The translations under genes were made by a program, and so were the position numbers. A stretch of DNA of 64,000 nt from Mobula hypostoma (taxonomy: Eukaryota): assembly GCF_963921235.1 (NCBI RefSeq), contig NC_086097.1:233928001-233992000 (forward strand). The letters are read 5' to 3'. Below the pieces are notes generated by a model. It saw only the letters and a program-made list of their open reading frames with translations. It was not told where the DNA came from and did no database searches. Positions within the stretch are counted from its first letter, which is position 1, and each line of letters begins with the position of its first letter. Of this stretch, positions 49,431 to 61,671 are shown in pieces.

Positions 49431-49479
49431 CTGCCTGTGTTACATGCTCAAGGAGATCTGTTGTTTTTTGCGAGAATGA

Positions 49480-50331
49480 TGTAATGGTCTTTTGGAGGTC
49501 ACCTGATGTGATTTTCCCGCCGATGTGAGGTCACGTGATGACATGTGCACCATGACTATATAAGGGTCGACCCAGATGTCGCAGTACATTTTTGAGTTTG
49601 TAGATTTCCAGGTAGAACCTGCCGTGTCTCCGTTCCTGTTGCGTGTTTGTTTTTGTTTCGCAGTTTCATTTTTAAAACGGAGTATTGCATTCTATTGAAA
49701 AATATGGTATTATTGGACTGGAAATTTTTGGCTAGATGTGTTGATTTACTCAATTCCAACAGTAGAAGGGAGAATGAAGAATTTATCGAAGTGCAGGATC
49801 GAGGGATTGAGAGGAGTCAGCCTCGTTTGGCAGTTTAACAAAGGATCAACCTTATTGAGTCTTCATTGGCGGAGTGGCAACCTGCATCGAGGATAATTCT
49901 TGCCAAAAAGAGCAAGGAGTTCATGCAATGGTTTGCTCTCTCTCTCTAAAAGAATTTAAGGTCAGTTGTTTTAAACTGTTTATTTACCTCCACGTGGATT
50001 CTGTGGACAGAACCATCAGGAAAGTTGCGTCTGTGATGAAATCCTTCTCCAGAGAAGTCTCTCCCAATTGAACGCATAGATCTGTTGGACTTTCGAATTT
50101 ATAGCTTTAAGAACTATATCTGACCCTATTGCTTTAAGACCTGTTTTCGCATTTAATGCTTTAAGAACCAGTGCCGAGTGTTGATTTGTTGAATGGCTGC
50201 ATATCGGTTAACTTTCAGTTAAAGTTTTTGTTTGTTTTTTTTACCTTATCGTTTATCCGTGTTTAATAAATGTTTGGTTGTTTTTATATAACCTGTCTCA
50301 ATTGACATTCATTGTTGCCGTTTACGTAAGA
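49480..50331 (+). mobile_element. Probable solo LTR
   Basis: Begins TGTAA, ends gtaaga; TATATAAG near 49557; AATAAA near 50265; TSD not clean. Confidence 0.65.
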
Positions 50332-50393
50332 TTTGATAGACAATTCTCATGTTTTTTTCCTCTTATGCTGTGTTTGATTAACAGCATGGCATG

Positions 50394-51210
50394 GCAGGGT
50401 GGAAGCATGTCTCGACCAAAGGAGGTGTAAGGTTCTCCTTCCCTCTGCTGGCCTACAGGTCACATTGGATAAGGTGTAGCATTTGCTTAGCCCCCCGATC
50501 AGGGTTAGGGTCACGTGAAACCATAGTGAAGGTAGTGGGTGGCCATATTGTGGCCAGCATTTGGTCCATAATGACATACGAGGAAGCTCTTTAACAACAG
50601 CACTTTTTATTGTGATGAACACAAAACAGACTGGACTCCGTGACCGGGAGAGAGAACCCAACCAGTCTCACACCAACAGGGGAGGTGAGCATCACACACC
50701 CTGGTTACAGCTCGGGTGACCCACAAGCAAATAACTGTATAACCCAAGCTAAAATGTAACAATAAATGAACTGGAACTTCCCCCCATAATCCCACAAAAA
50801 GCATTTTAACACAAGAACAATAAACAGTGCTGGTCATTAGAAGTGCAGGGGCGGGCTGTCAACCACCCTCCTCCCCCCCCACCCAAAATGTCACAATATG
50901 TTTTTCTTGTTCTGCTTTGAATGCCTGCAAGAACATGAATCTCATGGCAGAATACGTTGCCATAAATGTACTTTGGTAATAAATTTACTGGTACATATCA
51001 CAAGTTCTGGTTATGCAACCACTGACACCAGGCAGAAATCTCTGTGGAATATTGATAATGGCTGGGGTTATCCATCTTGTAACAGCACTACCCAGAAGAA
51101 GGAAATGGCGAACCAATTCTGTAGAAAAGATTGCCAAGAACAATTATGGTAATGGGACCATAATTGCCAAGATGATGTGACATGGCACACAATGGCGATG
51201 ATGATGATGA
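50394..51210 (+). mobile_element. Short retroposon with RTE-type (GAT)n tail, split by an LTR and a LINE tail
   Basis: Matches 36323-36638; gaaatggcgaacca...tgccaagaac. Confidence 0.75.
50549..50895 (-). mobile_element. Solo LTR with 4-bp TSD
   Basis: TG...CA termini; TSD atat at 50545-50548 and 50896-50899; minus-strand AATAAA. Confidence 0.8.
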
Positions 51211-51374
51211 TAAAGATGTCAGCCTCTTAGAGTTAGGTGCTGCTGCCTCTGGTGTTGTGCCACCTGCTTTTGAAAAGCAATGGGCATCGATCAATGTGTC
51301 TGGGAGTTTGGGTGATGTACCTACTATGGTTAAGTCACTGGAACATAATTAAAATATATCAAGTAAGTGATAAG

Positions 51375-52008
51375 TCGTGGTGGCGGGAGGAGAAGATAGC
51401 GACGCGACGCAGCGCGCGCAACTCTCTGGTGAAATGATATCGTATTTATAAGTAGGATGCTGTGGACAATTCTGATTTGATGGAGACGGATGTGAGAAGC
51501 ACAGAGGAACATCTGGAGAAATTTCTGAAATGCCCGGTTCGCTGCCGCCGCTACTGTGCAATCGAGAATCTCCGGAGGGAAGGCCCCAAAATCCCCGGCT
51601 TTGCCTGCTGCTGGCGACTGAGACTGAGGTCGAAGCGTTCAGATAGAGATGGTGCTCGGTACTCGGTGTCGGAGGGCTGATTGGAGCACAAAGTTTTCGG
51701 ACGACTTAGTGTCAGACTGTGGTCGGGCATGGCAGGGTGAGTTTTCTTCCTTCTCCCATCTGCGTGAGATGTGGGACTTCCGAGAGACTTTGAACATTTT
51801 TAATGTGCTCATGGCCTGTTCTTCAACAAGTTATGGTATTGTTGCACTGTTGTAACTATATGTTATAATTATGTGGTTTTTGTTAGTTTTTTAGTCTTGG
51901 TCTGTCCTGTGTTTCTGTGATATCACACCGGAGGAATATTGTATCATTTCTTAATGTATGCATTACTAAATGACAATAAAAGAGGACTGCGTGTCCTCAT
52001 AATCATAA
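51375..52008 (+). mobile_element. Young CpG-rich non-autonomous retroelement with LINE-like tail
   Basis: CpG-rich head; T-rich 3' part; tgacaataaa...(CATAAT) tail. Confidence 0.7.
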
Positions 52009-52409
52009 TAAGTGTCCTAGTGTATGGCAGAGCATATGAATATGAGATAGATCGATGGAGATTTATTGCTTGCTGTGTGTGCAGCAGTATAGTGGTGCAG
52101 CTAATAGTGGACCAGATTTTTGATTTGTGCCATGACCTTGAATTAGGTTTGACTAATCTCGCACAGGCTTGCACAATTTATTTACATGTACTAATTGGAT
52201 CAATGAGAGATTTAATGTGGGAGGTTTTTTTTTGCCTATACTCGTATAATGGATGATGTAGTTCCTGTAAAGTAAGTGTATTCCAGCTCTTTGTTCCGCA
52301 GGAACGCTTTTGACTAATCAGTACCTTTTCAATTAGTCCAATAGCCTCACATTTCTAAGTACATGTTGTTATTCTACTTTGGTATATTATACAAGGATAA
52401 AGGACTAAG

Positions 52410-52790
52410 CACTGAACTAATTCCACAACCTTGACTCACTTTCAAAGACACTACAATTCATGTTCACAGTATTATTTAGTCACTTTTTTATTTTTTATTA
52501 TTATGATTATTTGTATTTTTATGTCTTTTCTTCAACACTGAACTGATTCTACAACCCATAGGCTCATGTCCAGGGACCCTACAACTCATTGTTTGTCTGT
52601 CTGTCTACCTATCTATCTATCTATCGTTTATCTTCTTTTGCATATTAGTTGTCTGTCAGTCTTTGTGTGTACTTTTTCATTGATTCTGTTGCATTTCTTT
52701 GTTCTACTGTGAATGCCTGCAAGAAAATGAATCTCAGGGTAGAATATGGTGACATATACATACTTTGATAATAAATTTACTTTGAACTTT
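52410..52790 (+). mobile_element. Tandem Rex-like 3' UTR fragments with (TCTA)n
   Basis: ctgaact...acaacc repeated; actttgataataaatttactttgaac tail. Confidence 0.65.
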
Positions 52791-53430
52791 AATGTGATAA
52801 ATTTAGGGACTCAAAACAACAGGCATATTATAATTATAGAATTCTGCAAAACATTGAAAGTAATCTTTGATAATAAAGATTAAATTTGACTTATTAATTC
52901 GTCATGTGATGCTACCTTTTTGACAGAGCAGATTACTGCCACATCATAATGTGAGTTATGTAGAATGAATCCATTTAACCCATGAAGCCTGTGGAGTCTC
53001 TTGGACCAGTCAAGAAGCTGTCATGGTCAGGATCGGGGTCCCTTTAAATTTACCTTGTTTATGTTACGATCCGGACTGTTGATTCCCTGTTTTCCCGTGT
53101 CCCTTTGGCGATTAGAGACAATTAACGCTCAGCTGAACCGGTAGTTTATAGTCTCCAGCTTTCAGCCGTTCGGCACGGGAGCGTCTGTAAAGTCATCTAA
53201 GGTACGGTGTGCCGATGTCATCTGGCCAGAGCAAGCCTAGACTCTGCCGAAGCGAGCGCTGGTCATTCGCCTTTTCCTCACTGGAGCAACCCTGTCCAGT
53301 TACCTCGCCAAAGCGAGCCTGCAAAGTTTCCTCACCGAGGTGGGTCCGTCAGTTAACTCGCCGGAGGGAATCAAGAACCGCTGTCTACTGTTCCCAGGCC
53401 GAGTCGAGAGCTCGCCACTACCCAGAGGCT

Positions 53431-53665
53431 CCAAGTCAAGTCCTGGCCCTGGCGGCATTCAAGCACCAAGTCAAGTCCTGGCCCTGGCGGCATTCAAGCA
53501 CCAAGTCAAGTCCTGGCCCTGGCGGCATTCAAGCACCGAGTCAAGCCCTGGCCCTGGCGGCATTCAAGCAACAAGTCAAGTCCTGGCCCTGGCGGCATTC
53601 AAGCAACAAGTCAAGTCCTGGCCCTGGCGACTTCCCAGTTCTGAGTCAAATCCTGGCCCTAGCGG
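53431..53665. repeat. 35-bp tandem repeat, about 6-7 units
   Basis: ccaagtcaagtcctggccctggcggcattcaagca. Confidence 0.95.
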
Positions 53666-53807
53666 TCTGTGATTCCTGTCCTACCCCCTTGTCTGAATCC
53701 CTTCTCTGCCCCTCTCACCTCTAGCCCTCGTCTGCAGCCCCCACCTGCACTTCGGTCTAGTTCCATCACCGGAGCTAGATAGGTACTGTCTGGTGTTCAT
53801 TCGTGTT

Positions 53808-54094
53808 GGTCTTGTCTTGCCTTGTCCTCGCCTCTGTGGGGTAAGTCAGGCCGTCTTGCCATTGCCCCGTGGGGAGTCATGTCTTGTCCTGTCTTGTCCT
53901 CGCCTCCGCGGGGTAGGTCAGGCCATCTTGCCGTTGCCCCGCGGGAAGTCATGTCTTGTCTTGTCTTGTCCTCACCTCCGTGGGGTAAGTCAGGCCGTCT
54001 TGCCGTTGCCCCGCGGGGGTCACGTTCTGTCTTGTCTTGTCCTCGCCACCGTGGGGTAAGTCAGGCCATCTTGCTGTTGCCTCACGGAGGGTCA
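53808..54094. repeat. About 72-bp tandem repeat, 4 units
   Basis: tgtcctcgcctccgtggggtaagtcaggcc recurs at about 53823, 53895, 53967 and 54038. Confidence 0.93.
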
Positions 54095-54270
54095 TGAGTC
54101 CCGGCCCTATGTCCTGTACCAAGGAGGGGTTCGGGCTCTTTGTTCTGTGTGTGAGTCCCGGCCCTATGTCCTATACCCAAGGAGGGGTCCTGGCTCTCTG
54201 TTCTGTGTGCGAGTCCCAGCCCTATGTCCTGTACCCAAGGAGGGGTCCTGGCTCTCTTTTCTGTGTGTGT
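54095..54270. repeat. About 58-bp tandem repeat, 3 units
   Basis: gagtcccggccctatgtcct...aaggagggg. Confidence 0.93.
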
Positions 54271-54660
54271 GTCCATGGTTCCATGTACCTGCTCTCCTGA
54301 GACTGAGGTTCTGTGTTCCCATGTTCCTCCTCTCCCTAGCCCATGTCATGTCCATGCCTGGTTCTGGGGTCCGAGACCAAGGCAAGACCCAGGTACTGAG
54401 TCCTTGCCCAGTCTCGGGCTCGGAGTCCATACCCTAGCCTCTTCATGTCTCCTCTAGTTCTGGGAGCCGATTCCGAATCCTAGCCCAGACCCTTGGTCCC
54501 AGCCTAGCCGTAGTCCTCAGTCCTTGTCCAGTTCGCTACTCCTGCTCCTGCCTAGCTCTCCTGATATCGAACAATAAACTAAATTTAATTAACCTCAGAA
54601 GATATGTCTTGCAGTTGGGTCCACCCTTGCTCCCAGTGCCCCCACCATTGTGACAGAAGC

Positions 54661-55020
54661 AGAATTAGGCCATTCAGCTCAACGAGAGCACTCTGCCATT
54701 TGATCATGGCTGATTTATTTTCCCCATTGATCCCATTCTCTTGCCCTTTTCCCACAAGCTTTGACACCTTTATTAATTGAGTACCTAGCAACCTTCACTT
54801 TAAACATTCCCAATAACTTGGTTCCATAACAGTCTGTGGCAATGAATTCCACAGACTCACAACGCTCTGGCTAAAGAAGTTCCTCCTTACCTCAGTTCTA
54901 AAGAGACGTCTTTCTATTCTGAGGCTGTATCCTCTGTGGCGAGACTTTTCAACAATTGGAAACATCCTTTGCACACTATTTGGGCCTTTCTAATTTGGTA
55001 GGTTTCTAACCCTTGCCTTT
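54661..55020 (-). mobile_element. CR1 3' fragment
   Basis: agaattaggccattcagc; ggcaatgaattccacaga. Confidence 0.88.
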
Positions 55021-55134
55021 TCAAACTAACTATATTTTCCTCCCAAATTATATGCATCGACTTCCATTTTGAAGCAACTTTTGAAACCTTTTCTACCACC
55101 TTTTCCAAAACAACATCCCAAGGTGCTAGAATAT

Positions 55135-56333
55135 GGATGTGGTGTACCTTGACTTTCAGAAGGCATTTGATAAGGTACCACATAGGAGATTGGTGGGTAA
55201 AATCAGAGCTCATGGCATTGGGGGGAGTTTATTGACATGGATAGAAAACTGGTTGGCAGATAGAAAGCAAAGGGTAGCAGTGAATGGGTGTTTCTTGGAA
55301 TGCAGGCGGTGACTAGTGGGGTGCCACAGGGCTCGGTATTGGGACCTCAGCTGTTTACGATTTACGTCAATGATTTAGAGGAAGGCATTGTGAATAACAT
55401 CAGCAAGTTTGCTGATTATACTAAGCTGGGTGGCAGTGTGACATGTGATGAGGATGTTAGGAGAATTCAAGGTGACTTGGATAGGCTGGGTGAGTGGGCA
55501 GAAACTTGGCAGATGGTGTTTAATGTGAATAAGTGTGGGGTTATTCAATTTGGGAGCAAGAACAGGAAGGCCGATTATTATCTGAACAGTGTGGAGTTAG
55601 GTAAGGGAGAAATACAAAGAGATCTAAGAGTACTTGTTCATCAGTCTCTGAAGGTGAATGAGCAAGTGCAGCAGGCAGTGAAGAAGGCTAATGGAATGTT
55701 GGCCTTTATTACAAAGGGAATTGTGTACAAGAGCAAGGAAATCCTTTTGCATTTGTACAGGGCCCTGGTGAGACCACACCTGGAGTATTGTGTGCAGTTT
55801 TGTTCTCCAGGGTTAAGGAAGGACATCCTGGCCGTGAAGGAGGTGCAGCGTAGGTTCACTAGGTTAATTCCTGGGATGTCCGGACTGTCTTACACAGAGA
55901 GATTAGAGAGACTGGGCTTGTACACACTGGAATTAAGGAGATTGAGGGGGGATCTGATTGAGACATATAAGATTATTAAGGGATTGGACAAGATAGAGGC
56001 AGGAAATATGTTCCAGATGCTGGGAGAGTCCAGTACCAGAGGGCATGGTTTAAGAATAAGGGTTAGGTCATTCAGGACAGAGTTGAGGAGGAACTTCTTC
56101 TCCCAGAGAGTTGTGGAGGTGTGGAACGCACTGCCTCAGAAGGCAGTGGAGGCTAGTTCTTTGGATGCTTTCAAGAAGGAGCTAGATAGGTATCTTATGG
56201 ATAGGGGAATCAAGGGTTATGGGGACAAGGCAGGAACCGGGTATTGATAGTAGATGATCAGCCACGATCTCAGAATGGCGGTGCAGGCTCGAAGGGCCGA
56301 ATGGTCTACTTCTGCAGCTATTGTCTATTGTCT
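55135..56333 (+). mobile_element. 5'-truncated CR1 LINE (RT; open frame 55288-56247)
   Basis: DFQKAFDKVPH, VPQGSVLGP, FADY; (CTATTGT) tail. Confidence 0.96.
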
Positions 56334-56556
56334 AATATTTCTCTTCATCTTGCATCTACTTCTTTTAGCAATAATCTTAATCTGAGACTTCTGGCCATCA
56401 ATTGTCAACGAAGACTGATACTTGTGATTTTTTTTCCAGCAGTACCCTTCACTAATTTGAACTCCTGTATTAAATTTACTTCGTCTTCTTTACTTCGAGG
56501 AGTACTGACCCAGTTTTACTAGGCCTTCCATTTAAACTCAAAATATTGCAACTCCA

Positions 56557-56650
56557 CAGGCAAAATCCCGCAGGAACTCAGCAGATCAGAGAGCAACTGT
56601 GCAGAGGATTAAAGGGCCGAAGTTTTGGGCCAAAACCCTTCATCACGACA
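56557..56650 (-). mobile_element. Single decayed arm of the Penelope-derived family
   Basis: ggaactcagcagatcag; minus strand gtgatga-agggttttggccc-aaaac. Confidence 0.7.
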
Positions 56651-57254
56651 CAAAAACTGAAGGTGCTCATCCCTGATCTAATTTGTTTTTTTGGATTTCT
56701 TGGACACTTTAATAAAGAATGCTGCATTGTAGAGAGCAATGAATCAATAGAAAAACATTTTATGTCAAGTAAGACACAAAATGGGATTGAATTAAGAGCA
56801 CTGGGCAAAAAAAGTGTTGAGGTGAACTGAAATTGTTGGCGATTTTCTTTAATTTTCAATGCTCTCTGTATTTCAAGCTGTCAAGGACGAGTACTGTGAC
56901 AGGATTGCACATCTAAGCTTGTAACAGGACTGCACATTAAGCCTGGCCAATGAATCATGAAGCAGGTTCCAAGGGCATGCAAAGCACAGCCAAGAGTCAA
57001 TTATGACAGGAACATATTTGGATAGCATTGTAGAGTAAAATCAAGTTTTAATTATTAATTAAAATAAAGGGAAGCACCTCCTCTGAGTCAGGCAGGTGGA
57101 AGAGGTGGATGTGTGCTACTGGTGTGGAGAATTGTGTTAGTGGATTCTAATACCACTTTTGAACAAGTAAACTTTCTTTATATTCTACTTCATGATTAAT
57201 CATTAAAGATATGAAATGAAATAGTGGAACAAAATTACTCTTTTGAAAGAACCA

Positions 57255-59430
57255 GAATAAGGTTTAATATCATTGACATATGTCATATAATTTGTTGTTT
57301 TGTGGCAGCAATATATTGCAATTCATAGTAATAAAAGCTAAAAATGACAATAAAATTTTATATAAAAAGTAAATTAAGTAAGTAGTGCAGAAAGAGCGGG
57401 ACAAAGAAAAATACTGGGGAAGTGTTCATCCAGAAATCCGATGGTGAAAGGGAAGAAGCTATGCCTGAATTGTTGAGTGTGTGTCTTCAGACTCCTGTAC
57501 CTCCTCCTTGATGGTAGCAATGAGAAGAGGACATGTCCTGGGTGATGTGGGGGCAGGGGGGGGTCATTAATGATGGATGCTGCTTCTTGAGACATTACTT
57601 TTTGAAAGTGTCCGAGATGTTGGGGAGGCTGGTGCCCATGATGGAGCTGGCTGAGTTTAAATCTTTCTGCAGCTTTTTCTGATCCTGTGCAGTGGCCCCT
57701 CCATTCCAAACAGTTATGCAACAAGCTAGAATGGTTTCTGTGGAAATCTGTAGAAATTTGAGAATATCATTGGTGACATACTAATCCTCCTCAAACTCCT
57801 ATTGAAATATAGCTGCTGACATAATTCTTTGTAATTGCATCAATATGTTGGGCCCAAGATAGATTCTCAGAGACGTTGACACTTAGGAACTTGAAACTGA
57901 TCACCCTTTCCACTTCTGATCGCTCGATGAGGACCAGTGTGTGTTTCCCTGACTTACCCTTTCTGAAATCCACAATTAATTCCTTGGTTTGACTGACGTT
58001 GAGTGCAAGATTGTTGCTGTGACACAACTTAACCAGCTGATCTATCTTGCTCCTGTATGCCTCCTTGTCACCTTAAATTCTGTCAATAACAACTGAGTTA
58101 TCAGCACATTTGTCAACAGTGTTTGATTTTTGCTGCACACACAATCATGGATATAGAGAGAGTAGAAAAGTGGGCTAAGCACACATCCTTGAGTTGTGCC
58201 AGTGTTGATTGTCAGAGAGGAGGAGATGCTATTTCTGATCTGTACAGTGGTCTCCCGGTGAGGAAGTCAAGGATCCAGTTGCAAAGGAAGGTACAGGTGC
58301 CCAGGTTTTGGAGCTTGTTGATTAGTACTTGAGGGTATGATAGAGATGAATACTGAGCTATAATCAATAACCAACAGCCTGACATACTGTAGGTATTATT
58401 ACTGTCCAGGTAATCCAAGGCCAAGTGGCGAGCCAGTGAGATTGCATCCACTATACACCTACTGAGACGATGGTCAAGTTGGAGCAGGCCCAGATTGTTG
58501 TTTGGCAAGAGTTGATTCTGGCCATGGCCTACCTCTCAAAGCACTTCATCGCAGCAGATGTGAGCTCAACTGGGCGATAGTCATTAAGGTAGCTCACCCT
58601 GCTCTTCCAGGGCACTGGTTTGAATGTCGCCCTTTTGAAACAAGTGGGAAACTTTGGCTGCAGCAGTGAGAGATTGAAGACATCCTTGAACACTCCCACC
58701 AGTTGGTTGACACAGGTTTTCACAACATTGCCAGGTACAGTACACTATCAGGGCCTGACTCTTTACCCTCTTGAAAATGTTCTGACATTGGCCTCCAGGA
58801 CAGAGATAACAGGGCCAATGGATGCTGCAGGGATTCCAGAGATGGAGTTTTATTCTCCCTTTCAAAGCATTCATAAAAGGTCTTGAGCTCATCACAGCCA
58901 TTCATGATGGTAAGCGTCACTTTGTAGGAAGTAGTAGCCTGCAAACCCTATTAGAGCTGATGTGCATCCAGTAACATCTCTAACCTCCCCCAGAATTATT
59001 TTTTAGCTCTTAAGGTTGCCTTCTGTCAGTTGTATCTGGATTTCTTGTATAGTTCTGGATCTGTCTTGATCACCACAGAGCTAAACCTCAGGAGACTATA
59101 AATCCCCTGGTTCATCCATGGCTTTTGATTTGGGTTTGTCCGGTATGGTTCTCAAAGGCACACATTCGCTCACACAGCTTTTGTTGAAGTCGCTGACAAC
59201 TGTGGGATATTCAGTCAGACTCAAAGATAAATCCCTGAATATTGCCCAGTCGACTGAATCAAATCAGTTCTGTAAGCGCTCCTCCGCCTTCCTTGAGTAT
59301 ACCTTCTTGATCGTCATACCTGGTGCCTTGGCTGTTAGTCTCTGCCAAACACTGGGAGTAGAAGTACAGCCAGGTGATTGGACTTCCCAACTAGCGGGTG
59401 TGGGATGGTACAGTAAGCATTCTTGATGGT
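57255..59430 (-). mobile_element. Rex1/Babar LINE, long decayed copy
   Basis: PTCFKRATFKPVP...LNDYRPVELTS-AMKCFER; LCNWILDFLTGRP; NNLALNVSQTKELIVDFRK. Confidence 0.93.
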
Positions 59431-59929
59431 GGCATAACAGTGATCAGGTGTGCTGGCTCCTCTGGTTCTACAGATGTTATGCTAGACCTATCTAAACATC
59501 TCTTAGAAGTGTCTTAATGTTTCTGTCTGTATCACCAGGCAGCGTGTACCAGGCACTCTTTGTAAAGACTTGTCTCTCACATCTCCTTTGGAATTACCCC
59601 CTCTAAGCACAGATGGTACATTCTGTCTGTATGATAACCTGTAAATATTTGCATTTATGTGTACTTTATCATCTTGCTGATGATAATTCAAACTGATCAT
59701 CGTGCATTTTCCCATTAGCAGTGTCTTATTTTATATGTGGATTTCAACAAAGTGATAAGGGCATTTTACTTGCCAGTGACAACATAGAAGAAACAATGCA
59801 GGAAAGGGAGAAAAACTTTCAGATTATCATCATTCCCCGTTGGCTCACTCCAGATAACCTGAGCATGGAGAAGAAGATAGGAATCATTTAGAGGTTGAAG
59901 ACTGTCCGTTATGTTTGCTCTATTTGTAG

Positions 59930-60415
59930 TACATAGTACAGTACACTACAGGATCAGGCCCTTCGGCCCACAATGTTGTGCTGAATCAATTAAATTAGTA
60001 ATCAAATGGCTAACTAAACTAACCTCTTCTGTATACATAATGTTCATACCCTCATACTCCTCACATCCGTGTGTCTAACTAAATATCTCTTAAAAGTCTC
60101 TAATGTTTCTGCCTATAACATCACGCCAGGCTGCACATTCCACCCACTACTCTCTGTGTAAAAAAAACTTGCCCCTTGCATCTCCTTTGAAATTACCTTC
60201 TCTCACCTTAAGTGCATACACTCTAGTATTAGACATCTCGGACCTTAGAAAAATATATTGTCTGTCTACTCCATCTACGTCTCTCATGGTCTTATAAACT
60301 TCTGTCAGGTCTCACCTCAGCTTCTGCCACTCCGGAAAAAACAACCCAAGTTTGTCCAACCTCTCATCATAGCATAAGCCCTCTAATCCAGGCAACATCC
60401 TGGTAAACCTCTTCT
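59930..60415 (-). mobile_element. CR1 3' fragment
   Basis: aggcccttcggcccaca tail; acaacccaagtttgtccaacctctc. Confidence 0.88.
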
Positions 60416-60504
60416 CTGAAGCTGCTGGGACAGGGTGTAACTCCATTTGAATTGGCATTTTTTTCGCAATTCATTGTAGAAAATATCAGAGAAGGAGCCT
60501 CATC

Positions 60505-60790
60505 AAAGATTTGAAAATACTGACTTTATTTCTCACATGTGCATCAGAACGTACAGTGACATGCGTTGTTTTGCGTTCATGACGAAAACAGTTCAAAATG
60601 TCTTGGGGGCAGCCTGCAAGCGTCGCTATGCTTCCAGCACCAACAGAGCATGCCCACAATTTACTAACCTTACATTGTACATCTCTGGAATGTGGGAGGA
60701 AACCGGAGCACCGACACGGCCACAGGGAGAATGTTCAAACTCCTTATGGACAGCAGCGGGAATTGAACACTGATCCTACATCCAGAGGTG
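60505..60790 (-). mobile_element. HE1-like SINE
   Basis: tgtgggaggaaaccggagcacc...gggaattgaac. Confidence 0.8.
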
Positions 60791-61128
60791 ACAGTCAGGT
60801 CGGTTCCGCTCACTGCTTTGTGATATTTACTCTTCTGAACTGAGGATGAAGCCGTGGGTCTGCTCTAACTGCTCCAGGTTCCGTACCTGTGGGATCAACG
60901 ACATTTACTCTTCTGCATGATGAACTGAAGCTAAGGCTATGGGCCTGCTCCGGCTGCTTCAGGCTTTGTGTCTGAGAACTCAATTTCATTCTGATTGCTA
61001 TCTCTGTACTTCTAATGTCTGCATCTTTGTCTTTTTTTTTTAAATGGACTCTTTTGGGATTCTTGTTTTGAAGATGAATCAAGGTTTCATAATGTCTACA
61101 TACTTTGTTAATAAATGTACTTTGAACA
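60790..61128 (+). mobile_element. Fragment of non-autonomous element related to 33545-34325
   Basis: aggct-tgggcctgctcc shared; actttgttaataaatgtactttgaac tail. Confidence 0.6.
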
Positions 61129-61671
61129 TCCAGCGTTGCAAAGTGTTGCACTAGCTACTAAACTGTTGTGCCTCCCTTCATTATTAAGAATTTTCACCAC
61201 CGTGTGAAGGATTGTGGATTGAAGTAAAAAAGCCACAAGAATTCTTTTACCCTCAGCACCATGAAATCAAAAACTTGCCAAAACTCTGGAAAAATTATAG
61301 TATTAATTTTCCTTATTTTCTCCTGTTATTTCATAGTTGGATATTGGGTGAATTCGCGTGGAAATTCAAACCATTTGTCTCCCTGTAATGGAATCCAATT
61401 AAGCAAGAGAATACAAATTGTGTTTTTTTGTTTCGGGTATTGATCTCTCCTTTTCTGTTAATAGGTATCCTGTTACGGCTGGTTTCCTCCAACTGGTTCA
61501 CAACATTTAACGTCCATGTGTTTCATTACAGAAAATTGGATTTAACAATGATCAACAACAATTGCCATTGATTTTAACAACAATAATTTAACAACCTAAA
61601 ATTAGATTGATGTGCTGGGCTCAGAACCACCTCAGGACCCACAAAACCAGATCTGAAGCTAGCCAACCTAG

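Larger units (their letters stand above)
53019..54655 (+). mobile_element. Long (1637-bp) solo LTR with 5-bp TSD and internal minisatellites
   Basis: TGTCA...TGACA termini; TSD gaagc at 53014-53018 and 54656-54660; AATAAA near 54573. Confidence 0.9.

Noticed and set aside
53431..53665. 35-bp array as a CRISPR array
   Set aside because: Units are head-to-tail with no unique spacers, there are no cas genes, and it lies inside a eukaryotic LTR.
53209..54457. Repetitive ORFs within the LTR
   Set aside because: Products of stop-poor GC-rich tandem repeats, open in several frames.
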